IMG/VR virus record: IMGVR_UViG_3300046000_009647
Span: 1-52,286 of that record
Length of the DNA stretch: 52,286 nucleotides
Source of the DNA: a virus
Lineage: Duplodnaviria; Caudoviricetes
Reading direction: 5' to 3' (one strand)
Below are positions 14,986-23,906 of this stretch, piece after piece. How positions within the stretch are numbered: the first letter of the stretch is position 1; each line of letters starts with the position of its first letter. Below the pieces are notes generated by a model. That model was not told where the DNA came from, did not search any database, and saw only the letters and a program-made list of their open reading frames with translations. Position numbers and translations under genes: made by a program.

Positions 14986-15576
14986 TTAATATCCTAACAT
15001 TTTATTACTTTTCTTTCTATTATCTTCTTTCCAAAGTGGTTGGAAGTTAGTGTAATGATTTAACTTATAAATTTCTTCTTCATTCTTAGCTGATGAAATA
15101 GGTATTATATGGTCTATTTCCCATTCACCATGGTTTTCTAGAGTCATACCTTCAACAAATTGCGATTTTAAATGTTGGGTAAAATCTTCTAAAGTGCAAC
15201 CTAATACTTCTTCTGTTTTTTTTCCTTTTTTATAACTTCCTTTTAAACAATTTTTAAATGAAATTAAAATTAATGATCTAATATTATGAGTTAACCTGAT
15301 ATCAGGATCATTTTTCATTCTAGTTTTTTGATATTCTTTCCTATAACTTGTAGACTTTATATAATTATTTTTAGTATAATTTTTATCATAATCAGGGTTA
15401 TTATCTCTCCAATTTTTTAAATATAATAAGGTTTGAACTTTATTATTTTTTTGGTATTGAGTAACTCTAATTTTATCACAAGATTTACAATAATTATTTT
15501 TTTTATCCTTATTAGATTTATTTGAAGAAAAACTATCTAAAGATTTTTTAATTTTACATTTACTACATTTTTTCAT
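14986..15576 (-). CDS. HNH endonuclease with N-terminal CxxC..CxxC zinc finger (paralog 1)
   Basis: WEIDHIIPISS...HYTNFQPLW..DN..K. Confidence 0.88.
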   Translation of the reverse strand: MKKCSKCKIKKSLDSFSSNKSNKDKKNNYCKSCDKIRVTQYQKNNKVQTLLYLKNWRDNNPDYDKNYTKNNYIKSTSYRKEYQKTRMKNDPDIRLTHNIRSLILISFKNCLKGSYKKGKKTEEVLGCTLEDFTQHLKSQFVEGMTLENHGEWEIDHIIPISSAKNEEEIYKLNHYTNFQPLWKEDNRKKSNKMLGY

Positions 15577-15583
15577 TTGAAAT

Positions 15584-15679
15584 AAGAAACCTACAGCTTT
15601 CAGGGTCGCGGTCCTTACTTGCTATAGGTTCTAAATTAATATTTTATATTTGCACCGCGACAATGCACGTATAAATATT
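15584..15679 (-). ncRNA. Structured leader RNA (kissing loop plus loop E), copy 1
   Basis: TGCAT-TGTCGCG-GTGCA and AACCTATAGC-AAGTA-AGG-ACCGCGAC-CCT-GAAA-GCTGTAGGTT; near-identical to 31963-32058. Confidence 0.75.
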
Positions 15680-15688
15680 GAAAACCTA

Positions 15689-16717
15689 TTATTTTTTATG
15701 AGAGTATTTAGTTAAGTATGAAAAGTTAGAACTTAACCAAAATTCTATATTGGGGGAGATTTGCCTTTCTAGTAAATCTGATTTATGTAATTGTAAAAAT
15801 CTTGCTTGATTTAAAGTATAAGGATTTTCATCTATTAATCTTTCCAATACAATTTCATCAGGTTCAGGAATGTTTGGATTTTCTAAAGACATTAACTGCT
15901 CATTAATCATTAATTGTCCTCTAAAATTCCATACATTACCATAAATGCCATTTTCTTCATGACTTTCTAAACTTTTAGAAATAATTTCCTTTAATGTTAC
16001 TTTTTTATCTCCTGTAATTTCAGGGAATAATTTGTATAATTTTTTAGGACCTAATCCTTTAACTCCAGGTAAGTTATCAGAACTATCACCCATTAGCACT
16101 TTGTAATTAATGAAGTTTTGAGGCCATAATCCATACTCATCAAATACTTCTTTGGGTCCATAGAATTTTTTCTTAATTGGAGAGTATACTTGTACTGTAT
16201 CACTACACAATTGTAAGAAATCTTGATCGGCTGACATTATAATGGACGAGTCAAATCTAGGGGCTAAGTAACCAATTAAATCATCTGCTTCTAATTTATC
16301 TCTAGTTATAATGCTGATTGGTAATGTTTTTAGATAATCAATTAATCTTAGCATTTGTTGAGATAACGATGCAGATTCATCTGCTAAGTCATCAAATGAA
16401 GACCAATTTGTAATTCTTTTTAATTTACGATTACCTTTATAATCAGCATACAAATGTTTTCTATTTGTAGTATTTCCTTCACCATCAAAAACACATATTA
16501 CTCTAGTAGGTTGTACTAAATTTACAACGTAAGCTAATGATCTTAAAAATCCAATCATACCCCCAACGTGTGTTCCTTGTGTGTTTGTACTGTTTATAAC
16601 AGCAAATGACCTTAGGAAAGTATTCATACTATCCACTAACAAAACCCTACTGTTTAAATGTAGAGTTTCTGTTTGTGAATCTTCTTTTATGTTGTTTAAA
16701 AGATCTTTATAATCCAT
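15689..16717 (-). CDS. 5'-3' exonuclease/flap endonuclease (PolI N-terminal/T4 RNase H-like)
   Basis: VFDG, YKGNR, EADDLI, SADQDF, GDSSDNLPGVKGLG. Confidence 0.95.
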   Translation of the reverse strand: MDYKDLLNNIKEDSQTETLHLNSRVLLVDSMNTFLRSFAVINSTNTQGTHVGGMIGFLRSLAYVVNLVQPTRVICVFDGEGNTTNRKHLYADYKGNRKLKRITNWSSFDDLADESASLSQQMLRLIDYLKTLPISIITRDKLEADDLIGYLAPRFDSSIIMSADQDFLQLCSDTVQVYSPIKKKFYGPKEVFDEYGLWPQNFINYKVLMGDSSDNLPGVKGLGPKKLYKLFPEITGDKKVTLKEIISKSLESHEENGIYGNVWNFRGQLMINEQLMSLENPNIPEPDEIVLERLIDENPYTLNQARFLQLHKSDLLERQISPNIEFWLSSNFSYLTKYSHKK

Positions 16718-16719
16718 AA

Positions 16720-17790
16720 TTAAATTTCAGATGTGTCCACTCCTAAGAAATCAAGGTTTTCTTCTTCAACTATATCAAAATCATCGCTTCCTAAGATACT
16801 AGCCCAATTTTTAGAGTGTTCTTTTTTATATTTGTTTATCTCATTAGGTGAATTTTTAATAAACCCATGAGCAGTACTTACAATAGTACCTTTAGCTGTT
16901 ACACCTGTTACGTGATTTTTATCACAAGATACTTTTGTTTTCAAGGCAAATTCAATTTCCTTACCGTTTTTAGTGGCTTTTACTTTTTGAGTACCAGGAC
17001 TAGTTACGTTACCAAAGGTAATAATGAATGAGGCATCAAAAAACATACTATCGCCGCCTTTATTCCTGAGTTTAGGCTGAGCCATTGGCATAAGTGCTGG
17101 TTCAACCCATACTTTATTTACGCAAAGCATTGTATTAGTGTATGATTGTGATTCTTTACGAGACATAATCAATCTTTGATTGATAAAGTTAGCAAATTGT
17201 TGAGACATTGCTCCTGCATTCCACATTGGTGAGTTAGAGTTTTTCTCAATACTCATTTTACATGGAATAGATCCAATTGAATCCCATAAAAACAATAAAT
17301 CATAAGGTAAATTACCTTTCTTTTGCTCGTCTAATAAATCAGCCATAAATGCTGCTACATCTTCAATACATTGTAAAGATTCTCTATCAGCATAAATAAA
17401 GAAACCTTTATAGTCTTTATTACCATTTTCATCAATAGTTTCACCTAAATCAAATCCCATTGCAGACCAGTGTTCCCAACTGTGTTTCATCTCAGTGATG
17501 ATGATAACTGGTAGTACATTAGTTTTTTGTGCTTCGATTGCAGCTTCAATCAGTAATGTAGTTTTACCTGTATTACTGTGACCTCTAACTAAAGTTATAT
17601 GTCCTTTAGGAATACCAGGCATTTCTAACATTTCAGAAACAGGTTCAGTAAATTTAATCCATGCTTGTGGTTTAAAATTAGATGAACTTTGTCCTAGATT
17701 TTTACCTTTTTTGAACTTATCAAGTGAGAAAGTCCCAGTAACTGCCTTTCCGATATTACCGGAAAGGCTTTCTGTTTTTTTACCGGCCAT
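16720..17790 (-). CDS. uvsX: RecA/UvsX-like recombinase
   Basis: Walker A GHSNTGKTT, Walker B LFLWDSIG, KGG, KNHV. Confidence 0.85.
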   Translation of the reverse strand: MAGKKTESLSGNIGKAVTGTFSLDKFKKGKNLGQSSSNFKPQAWIKFTEPVSEMLEMPGIPKGHITLVRGHSNTGKTTLLIEAAIEAQKTNVLPVIIITEMKHSWEHWSAMGFDLGETIDENGNKDYKGFFIYADRESLQCIEDVAAFMADLLDEQKKGNLPYDLLFLWDSIGSIPCKMSIEKNSNSPMWNAGAMSQQFANFINQRLIMSRKESQSYTNTMLCVNKVWVEPALMPMAQPKLRNKGGDSMFFDASFIITFGNVTSPGTQKVKATKNGKEIEFALKTKVSCDKNHVTGVTAKGTIVSTAHGFIKNSPNEINKYKKEHSKNWASILGSDDFDIVEEENLDFLGVDTSEI

Positions 17791-17797
17791 AAATTAA

Positions 17798-18649
17798 TTA
17801 ATTGTCACCAAATAAGTCATCAAACTCATCAGCGGTTGGGATTTCTTTTTTAGCTGGGAATGCTTTATTCGCAGTTGGTTTTTTAGTATCTAACTCAAAT
17901 TTAGATGGTGGTGGTGTTGTTGATGGCTCAAAATCTGTAGCAGGTCCATCCATAATGCTTCCTTCTTCTTTAGCTTCTTCTTCTGGGTTTAACCATTCAG
18001 CTAAGAATTGTTTAATTTCTTCAAAAGTATAACGTTTTGAAAATGAAACAGGATCGGGTTGTGTTTCCAACCATTTATTTAACTCATCATTATCATTGCA
18101 TAATGGTGTAGTTTTTAAAGCAGGCATAATACGAGATTTATTGTACTCAGTTCCTGTAGTTTCAGGTCCTACTGTTTCAATTTTCATATCTCTACCTTCC
18201 ATAATATCGGTAAAATCTCCGATATCTTCATCAGCAGCTAATGATAGTAATGATTGATAAATTTCCTTACCAAATTCCCATAAACGTACTCCTTTGTCTT
18301 CTTCACCTCTAACTATAACAGGAGCAAAAACTCTCATTTTTGGTTCAAGTTTTTTAGCTAGTTTCCAGTTTTCAGGTTCTTTAGTTTTACGAAGTTCTTT
18401 AGAAAATTCGATAATTGGGTCTTTTTCACCAAAGTTTGAAGGTGAAATAATTGTTCTTTTCCCGATTCCATAATGGAAGTATAATTCTCTAAATGGATTT
18501 TCGGGGTTGTACTTTGAAGGAACAAACCTTACTAAGGCTTTTCCAACTGTGGGTTTCCAAAAGCTTAATGCTTTTTCATTGTTTTTCATGCCACCTCCTT
18601 TAGGTGCGGATAGGGCATTCAACTTGTTTTGAATCAAGTCTAAATTCAT
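17798..18649 (-). CDS. Single-stranded DNA-binding protein (T4 gp32-like)
   Basis: FWKP, VRFVP, GVRLWEFG, D..GRD; acidic tail ending FDDLF. Confidence 0.88.
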   Translation of the reverse strand: MNLDLIQNKLNALSAPKGGGMKNNEKALSFWKPTVGKALVRFVPSKYNPENPFRELYFHYGIGKRTIISPSNFGEKDPIIEFSKELRKTKEPENWKLAKKLEPKMRVFAPVIVRGEEDKGVRLWEFGKEIYQSLLSLAADEDIGDFTDIMEGRDMKIETVGPETTGTEYNKSRIMPALKTTPLCNDNDELNKWLETQPDPVSFSKRYTFEEIKQFLAEWLNPEEEAKEEGSIMDGPATDFEPSTTPPPSKFELDTKKPTANKAFPAKKEIPTADEFDDLFGDN

Positions 18650-18690
18650 AACTTTTTAAATTTAAATGTTAAAACTAATTTATGTGATCG

Positions 18691-18722
18691 TAAATATAAT
18701 GAAGATAATTCAGGCAGCCAAA
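18691..18722 (-). promoter_or_regulatory. Bacteroidetes-type promoter for the replication operon
   Basis: TTTGG followed by TTATATTTA upstream of SSB. Confidence 0.6.
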
Positions 18723-18738
18723 TATTTTTACAAAGTAA

Positions 18739-18969
18739 TTATTTTCTAGGTTTTGAGAAAACAGATATTACTATTTTACCATCTTCTATAGAAATTTGGT
18801 TTTGATATACTTGGTCAAATCCTAATACATCTCTTAAGTCTTGATTTAAAGGCAATTTTCTAAACATAAATTTTACCTTTTCTAAGTCTTCTTGAGATAT
18901 TTGAGTAGGGGCAAATTCTGTTCCTTCTAATAATTGTTGTTTTGCTTTCTTTAAATTGAAATCTTCCAT
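18739..18969 (-). CDS. Small protein with MxxFNLK..LLE N-terminus (possible internal head protein)
   Basis: N-terminus resembles that of 21859-22080. Confidence 0.65.
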   Translation of the reverse strand: MEDFNLKKAKQQLLEGTEFAPTQISQEDLEKVKFMFRKLPLNQDLRDVLGFDQVYQNQISIEDGKIVISVFSKPRK

Positions 18970-18972
18970 AGC

Positions 18973-19443
18973 CTATAATGTAATTATTTTAAAAATTTTT
19001 GTATCTAAACGCTTTAAATCTCCTGCGTGTGTTAATAATATACAATTTCTATAATCAGTCCAATTGATTGTATATGAAGTATCCAATACCCCATCATTTA
19101 ATGATTTGATTAAATCATTTAAAGCATTAATAGTGTAAAGGGTATTTGATTCTTTCTTTCTATGTAATAAAATTGTATTACCCAATAGCCCATTAGACAT
19201 GTTGTTATGATCTATGTTATAAGTGCAAACGTATTCCTCTGTAGAGGCAACGTATAGAACAAATATCTTATTAAATAAGATTTTGTATTGGGATTGTATA
19301 TGGGATAAAGTACTTTCCAAGTCGTTTTTACTTGAAAACGTACAAAATAGTTTGTTGTTCATGTTATTTAAATCGGGACATATAACATCCATGTCATACT
19401 GGAAATAAATATATGAGGGGTCTATAACCTGTGTATTAATCAT
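18973..19443 (-). CDS. Conserved phage hypothetical protein
   Basis: NKLFCTF...HRKKESNTLYTINALN; true start may be 19362 (ATATTTAT motif at 19405-19412). Confidence 0.8.
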   Translation of the reverse strand: MINTQVIDPSYIYFQYDMDVICPDLNNMNNKLFCTFSSKNDLESTLSHIQSQYKILFNKIFVLYVASTEEYVCTYNIDHNNMSNGLLGNTILLHRKKESNTLYTINALNDLIKSLNDGVLDTSYTINWTDYRNCILLTHAGDLKRLDTKIFKIITL

Positions 19444-19472
19444 AACTTTTATTTATACTTTGCTTAAATTGT

Positions 19473-20375
19473 TTATTTATTTTTATATTTCCAAATATAT
19501 CCTTTAGAAGTTTTAATATTTCCTTTACAACACATGACAATTCCTGAGGAGTATATATGAAGATTGGTTTCTATTTCTTTTATATTATTCCATTCTTTAA
19601 TAAATTCTCCATTTTTATTAAATTGTAAAATTTTCTTTTTAGGTTTCAATTCAAAATTAAAATCTAATGGAGAGGTTTTATATCTCCAAATAAAATTATT
19701 AGAGGTTTCTTGGAGCTTATTACAACATGCATAGATATCTGATAGGTTAGTATTAGTATATTTGGAAGCTTTAGTTATACTGTCCCATTCTTGTATAATA
19801 TTACCTTTTAGATCGTACTGTATAACTGATTTTCCTTTTCTATCTTTAGAAAAGATAAAATTGTTATTAATTTTATCAAAATCAAATCTCCAAATAAAGT
19901 TAAAAGCATATTTTGTTTGTTTTCTACAATTAGCTAATATGTTAGAAGCTTTTAATCCTAATTTATTTTCTACACAAATTGCTCCATCCCATTCTTTAAT
20001 AAAATTACCTTCTAAATCATATTGGATTATTTTTTTCTTCCCAACCCCTTTTCTAGCTAATTTAATTTTTTCCCTTGTATTCTTTGTATGAAATTCTACC
20101 CCACTTCCACCGCACATTTGTTTATTTTGTAAATCAAAACCCAAATATCTAAAATATTCTATCCAAAATGATTCTAAGGGTTTCCAATACTTTCTATTTA
20201 AAGAATTAACTTCATCAATATAAGTAAAAATTAAATCTTTACCAAATCTTTTTTTATGGTTATTTTTTCTAAATTTGTTATTAGTTTTACCTATATAAAT
20301 TTTATTAGGATCTCCGTAACAATTAGTAATTAGGTAAATTTTTGTAGTTTGAGGAAGAGTTGTAATATTTATCAT
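19473..20375 (-). CDS. GIY-YIG homing endonuclease with three NUMOD1 repeats
   Basis: KIY...IYIGKT, ESFWI; three IQ(Y/F)x(L/K)xGxxIxEW...C...(F/Y)IW(R/K) repeats. Confidence 0.88.
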   Translation of the reverse strand: MINITTLPQTTKIYLITNCYGDPNKIYIGKTNNKFRKNNHKKRFGKDLIFTYIDEVNSLNRKYWKPLESFWIEYFRYLGFDLQNKQMCGGSGVEFHTKNTREKIKLARKGVGKKKIIQYDLEGNFIKEWDGAICVENKLGLKASNILANCRKQTKYAFNFIWRFDFDKINNNFIFSKDRKGKSVIQYDLKGNIIQEWDSITKASKYTNTNLSDIYACCNKLQETSNNFIWRYKTSPLDFNFELKPKKKILQFNKNGEFIKEWNNIKEIETNLHIYSSGIVMCCKGNIKTSKGYIWKYKNK

Positions 20376-20425
20376 TGTTGTATGTTTAATTGTGTTGCAA
20401 CAATAAATATTACTTCTTTAAGCCT

Positions 20426-21778
20426 CTATTCAGAGGCTTTTATTTTTTTAAGGTTATCATAATCATACCCCCAAGAAATTCTAACCTTAAACCCAAAACT
20501 ATTTTCTAATAAATTCTTAATTTCTTTTAATACCTCCTTCCCATCTTCTCTGCTATAATCCACTAAAATTGAATCATATGTGTAAAGTATAATATTACTT
20601 TTCTTGTTCTCCAAATACTTTAACACATTTTTTATCGAATTTACATTATAAAAAGTCTCCCCTGATTGTATAATGTAATTCAATAATTTTTGAGGTGTAA
20701 CGTTTTCAATACCTTGTGCAAATAATTTTCTCCCTCCAACTAATTTTATATATCCCAGAGAATTAAAATCTTGATATATCTTATCTGTATATTCTTTTAC
20801 CTTAGCAAAAAACGGTATATCTTTGTATTGCTCAAACACTCCTCCATATAGTTGTTTGAATGTTAATTCTTTAGAGGCTTGATATTGCTCTGGAGTTAAT
20901 TCCTCAGTTTTAAAATACATTTTTCCTAAATGAGTATGAACCGAGGCCTCTGTAAACTCATATCCAATTTGTTTTGCTAAAATGCGTGGATGGTACGAAT
21001 CGTAATCAAATTCAAATAAAACATCATTTTGAGGTATAAAAGAAGCTCTTTGCCCGTTGTTTTTATTTAAAGCCGCAAAGTTAATTCCGTTAAATGAGTT
21101 TGAAGGACGAGAAGTAAAATTATTTAAGTTAAATTGTGTGTAAATTTTATCTTCTTTTACATTGAATTTAATGTTTTGTAGGGTAAAATTCTCGTTAAAA
21201 ACAGGCATATCTAACGTTATACCTTGTTTTTCAATACCGTAGAACACTTTAATATAATCCTCGTTATAATACGGGATTTCATGTTGTTTTTCGGTCCATT
21301 GTTGTACTAAATTATAAATACATTCTTGAGTCTCATAATGTTTAGAAATAGGGATAATCGAATTTAAATAAGGTTTATCTCCATAAAGTCGTTCGAAATG
21401 AGTGTGTATATTGGTATAACAATCTTGTATATACGGAGTGGTTTGGGTGGCGTGCAGTGATAGCAAATTTATATCTTGCACTTTACTTTCTAAAAATTCT
21501 TCACCTATTAAATGAGCAGTTGTTTTTTTATCTAAAACGTAAATTAATTCGTGTTTTAGAAGAAATTCTTTTACTTTTTCTAAGCTTAAATAAAATCCTT
21601 CACTATGATTTATAGTTAGTATTAATCCTTTACCATGTTTGGGTTTATAGTAAATTAATGATACTTCCGTTAGTATAGGGTGATAATTTGGTGATAGCGG
21701 GATAACATTAATATAGCATTCTTCCGATATTGGAAGGTGTGATAATTGATCTTGTGTTTCTACTATCCAAAATGACAT
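20426..21778 (-). CDS. Compact family A DNA polymerase
   Basis: TSRPS, motif A FEFDYDSYHPR, motif B SKELTFKQLYG, NYIIQS, motif C YTYDS. Confidence 0.85.
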   Translation of the reverse strand: MSFWIVETQDQLSHLPISEECYINVIPLSPNYHPILTEVSLIYYKPKHGKGLILTINHSEGFYLSLEKVKEFLLKHELIYVLDKKTTAHLIGEEFLESKVQDINLLSLHATQTTPYIQDCYTNIHTHFERLYGDKPYLNSIIPISKHYETQECIYNLVQQWTEKQHEIPYYNEDYIKVFYGIEKQGITLDMPVFNENFTLQNIKFNVKEDKIYTQFNLNNFTSRPSNSFNGINFAALNKNNGQRASFIPQNDVLFEFDYDSYHPRILAKQIGYEFTEASVHTHLGKMYFKTEELTPEQYQASKELTFKQLYGGVFEQYKDIPFFAKVKEYTDKIYQDFNSLGYIKLVGGRKLFAQGIENVTPQKLLNYIIQSGETFYNVNSIKNVLKYLENKKSNIILYTYDSILVDYSREDGKEVLKEIKNLLENSFGFKVRISWGYDYDNLKKIKASE

Positions 21779-21805
21779 AACCTTTATTTTTGTGTAATAT
21801 AAAAA

Positions 21806-21822
21806 GGCTCCCTATGGGAGCC
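21806..21822. promoter_or_regulatory. GGCTCCC-N3-GGGAGCC palindrome, copy 2 (terminator overlapping polymerase promoter)
   Basis: Followed on the minus strand by TTTTTATATTAC. Confidence 0.65.
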
Positions 21823-21858
21823 TAATTTATTTTAATGTATTTTTAAAATTTATTCTTA

Positions 21859-22080
21859 TTAATCTTTTTCATTGAAAATTGATATAACATCGTTTAATAC
21901 CTCTAAAATTTCATCCTCAGTAAAATCTTCCATTTTATTCTTAATAACTTGATATATATCTTTCATTAATTGGGTTTTTTTCTGAAAGTTATTAGTTGAG
22001 GATTCTTCTACATCTGAGGGTGTATTTTCTTTTAGTAGTGTATTTTTTGTTAAGTATTCTTTAAAATTGAAATTTTCCAT
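21859..22080 (-). CDS. Small acidic protein (possible internal head protein)
   Basis: MENFNFKEYL...LLKE. Confidence 0.7.
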   Translation of the reverse strand: MENFNFKEYLTKNTLLKENTPSDVEESSTNNFQKKTQLMKDIYQVIKNKMEDFTEDEILEVLNDVISIFNEKD

Positions 22081-22084
22081 TTTT

Positions 22085-22315
22085 TTATTTTTTTAGTTTA
22101 GCTTTAAATGAAGATTGGATTGATAATCTTCTTGCTTTTTCTTTAGCTTTTTTGATTGCATCTGTTTCAGAAGTTGCTTTTACTTCTATAGTATCAAAAT
22201 CTGTATCATCTCCATCTTTACCATAACGGTATGAATATTCAACTTCGTATGTTTGTTCTCCAGTTGATTCTGTTATTATGGTTTCTAAAATATCTTTTAA
22301 TTTAATGCTACTCAT
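22085..22315 (-). CDS. Small protein (possible internal head protein)
   Basis: IKLKDILE..ITE N-terminus; own ATATTTAT motif at 22329-22336. Confidence 0.7.
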   Translation of the reverse strand: MSSIKLKDILETIITESTGEQTYEVEYSYRYGKDGDDTDFDTIEVKATSETDAIKKAKEKARRLSIQSSFKAKLKK

Positions 22316-22348
22316 ATTTAATTTTTCAATAAATATATGAAAAGTATT

Positions 22349-22945
22349 TTACTTAGCAAACTGGGTTGGATTACTTAGGTATTGTTTTATGCCTATAAAA
22401 TTCTTTTCTGCTTGGTTTAGTATTTTTTCATTAGTATCAATTATACCAGGTCTTACTTTAATTCCATTTACTAATTTATCATTTAGAGGACCTGAAATTT
22501 GCCATTGAATGGAAATTGCTCTCCAAACTGAGTAATTAAGATTATCTCGTTGTTTAGTTAAGTTATCAAAAGTGGTTTTGTCTATTTCCATTACTCTAAA
22601 TTGAGTACCACCTTTTTGTCTTGCGATATATCTTGTAATTCTACCTACTTTATAGTCTGCTTCTGTTGGAGAAGGAGTAAAAGGGGTAGGATCAACTAAA
22701 TTAGCATCTACACTAGAATTTAATTGTTTATAAGATTCAACTGTAACATCTCTAAACCCACTGTTTGGTGGGATGTAAGTTAGCAATGGTGTTGAGGAAC
22801 CTTCATTGGGACTAATTCCTGTAAAAGATTCACCATTGAAAGTAGTATAGTAAGGACCAGTATAATCTTTACCCTCAGGAGTTGTAAATTGACCAGGGTT
22901 AGCTGTTTGATTAGTTACTATACGTGATTTTGGGAAGTATTTCAT
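22349..22945 (-). CDS. Hypothetical virion/baseplate-associated protein
   Basis: Last gene of the baseplate operon; YTGPYY and PTEADYKVG..RY motifs. Confidence 0.7.
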   Translation of the reverse strand: MKYFPKSRIVTNQTANPGQFTTPEGKDYTGPYYTTFNGESFTGISPNEGSSTPLLTYIPPNSGFRDVTVESYKQLNSSVDANLVDPTPFTPSPTEADYKVGRITRYIARQKGGTQFRVMEIDKTTFDNLTKQRDNLNYSVWRAISIQWQISGPLNDKLVNGIKVRPGIIDTNEKILNQAEKNFIGIKQYLSNPTQFAK

Positions 22946-22958
22946 TTTTATTTACTTT

Positions 22959-23903
22959 TTAACCCCAATATAATGGGTCTTTAGCATCATTAAATCTATT
23001 GTAAAAGTTTGTTGCAAATTTACTTCTGTCAGCAGCTCCATATTTAGGTTCATTAAAGTAAACATCCGGGCCTCTGTTACAACCATAACAAACTTCTACA
23101 GTTTTAGCAAATAAATAAGCAGCATCACTAGCATTTGGTGAATTTCTAACTTCTCTTAACCAAGTTTTATAAGTTGGGTACTTATTTAATAAATAACTGA
23201 TTTGTGCTTCAACGGTATTACCTATAATATTAAAAACAGTATTGGCATCTTTGGTACCTCCATTTATAAATTTACCATTCCATTGAATTAACCCTAATGA
23301 AGGGTAACCATTTGTATCTTTTTTATTTATAGCTTTAGGATTAAATATACTTTCTTTTTGTATATTACCCATAGCACCTGCTGCTGCTATTTTACTTAAT
23401 CCTGATTGTTTTAGTAGGTTTTTTACAGTTAATTGATTGGCTGATGATTGAGTAGTAGATATAGTATTTAATTCTCCTCCTACATTTTGAAAATCAGATA
23501 GAGTTTGGGATTTTTGTTTATCTTTAGCGTCTTGAATTTGTTTTTTTTCAGCTTCAGTTAAGGGTTCAAATCTAATATTAAGAGTTTGACCTGTTATCTT
23601 AGTTGTCCATTTATTTTCACCAAAATTTTGCTCTATAGTATGCAAAATAAAAGCTATTTTTTGTTTTCCTTTATCAGTACCTGTTTGAATTATATAAGAT
23701 GAAGGTAATGAATCTGAAGGTATAACAAAGGCTGAGTGAGGGATTATTCCACTTAATCCATCCATTTCTAAACTAAAATCTAATGGTAGTATAACTCCAG
23801 AGTTAAAAGCATTATCATCTCCTGATTTTAATGGATCAGAAAATACTTCTCTGTATGAATTTAGACATGAATCTGTTTTATCTGTGTTAAGTATTAGTGC
23901 CAT
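22959..23903 (-). CDS. Baseplate hub C-terminal part fused to tail lysozyme (Phage_lysozyme2-like)
   Basis: LEMDGLSGI...HTI....WTTKI hub-like segment; AAAGAMGNIQKES.FNP...GLIQW. Confidence 0.8.
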   Translation of the reverse strand: MALILNTDKTDSCLNSYREVFSDPLKSGDDNAFNSGVILPLDFSLEMDGLSGIIPHSAFVIPSDSLPSSYIIQTGTDKGKQKIAFILHTIEQNFGENKWTTKITGQTLNIRFEPLTEAEKKQIQDAKDKQKSQTLSDFQNVGGELNTISTTQSSANQLTVKNLLKQSGLSKIAAAGAMGNIQKESIFNPKAINKKDTNGYPSLGLIQWNGKFINGGTKDANTVFNIIGNTVEAQISYLLNKYPTYKTWLREVRNSPNASDAAYLFAKTVEVCYGCNRGPDVYFNEPKYGAADRSKFATNFYNRFNDAKDPLYWG

Positions 23904-23906
23904 AAA

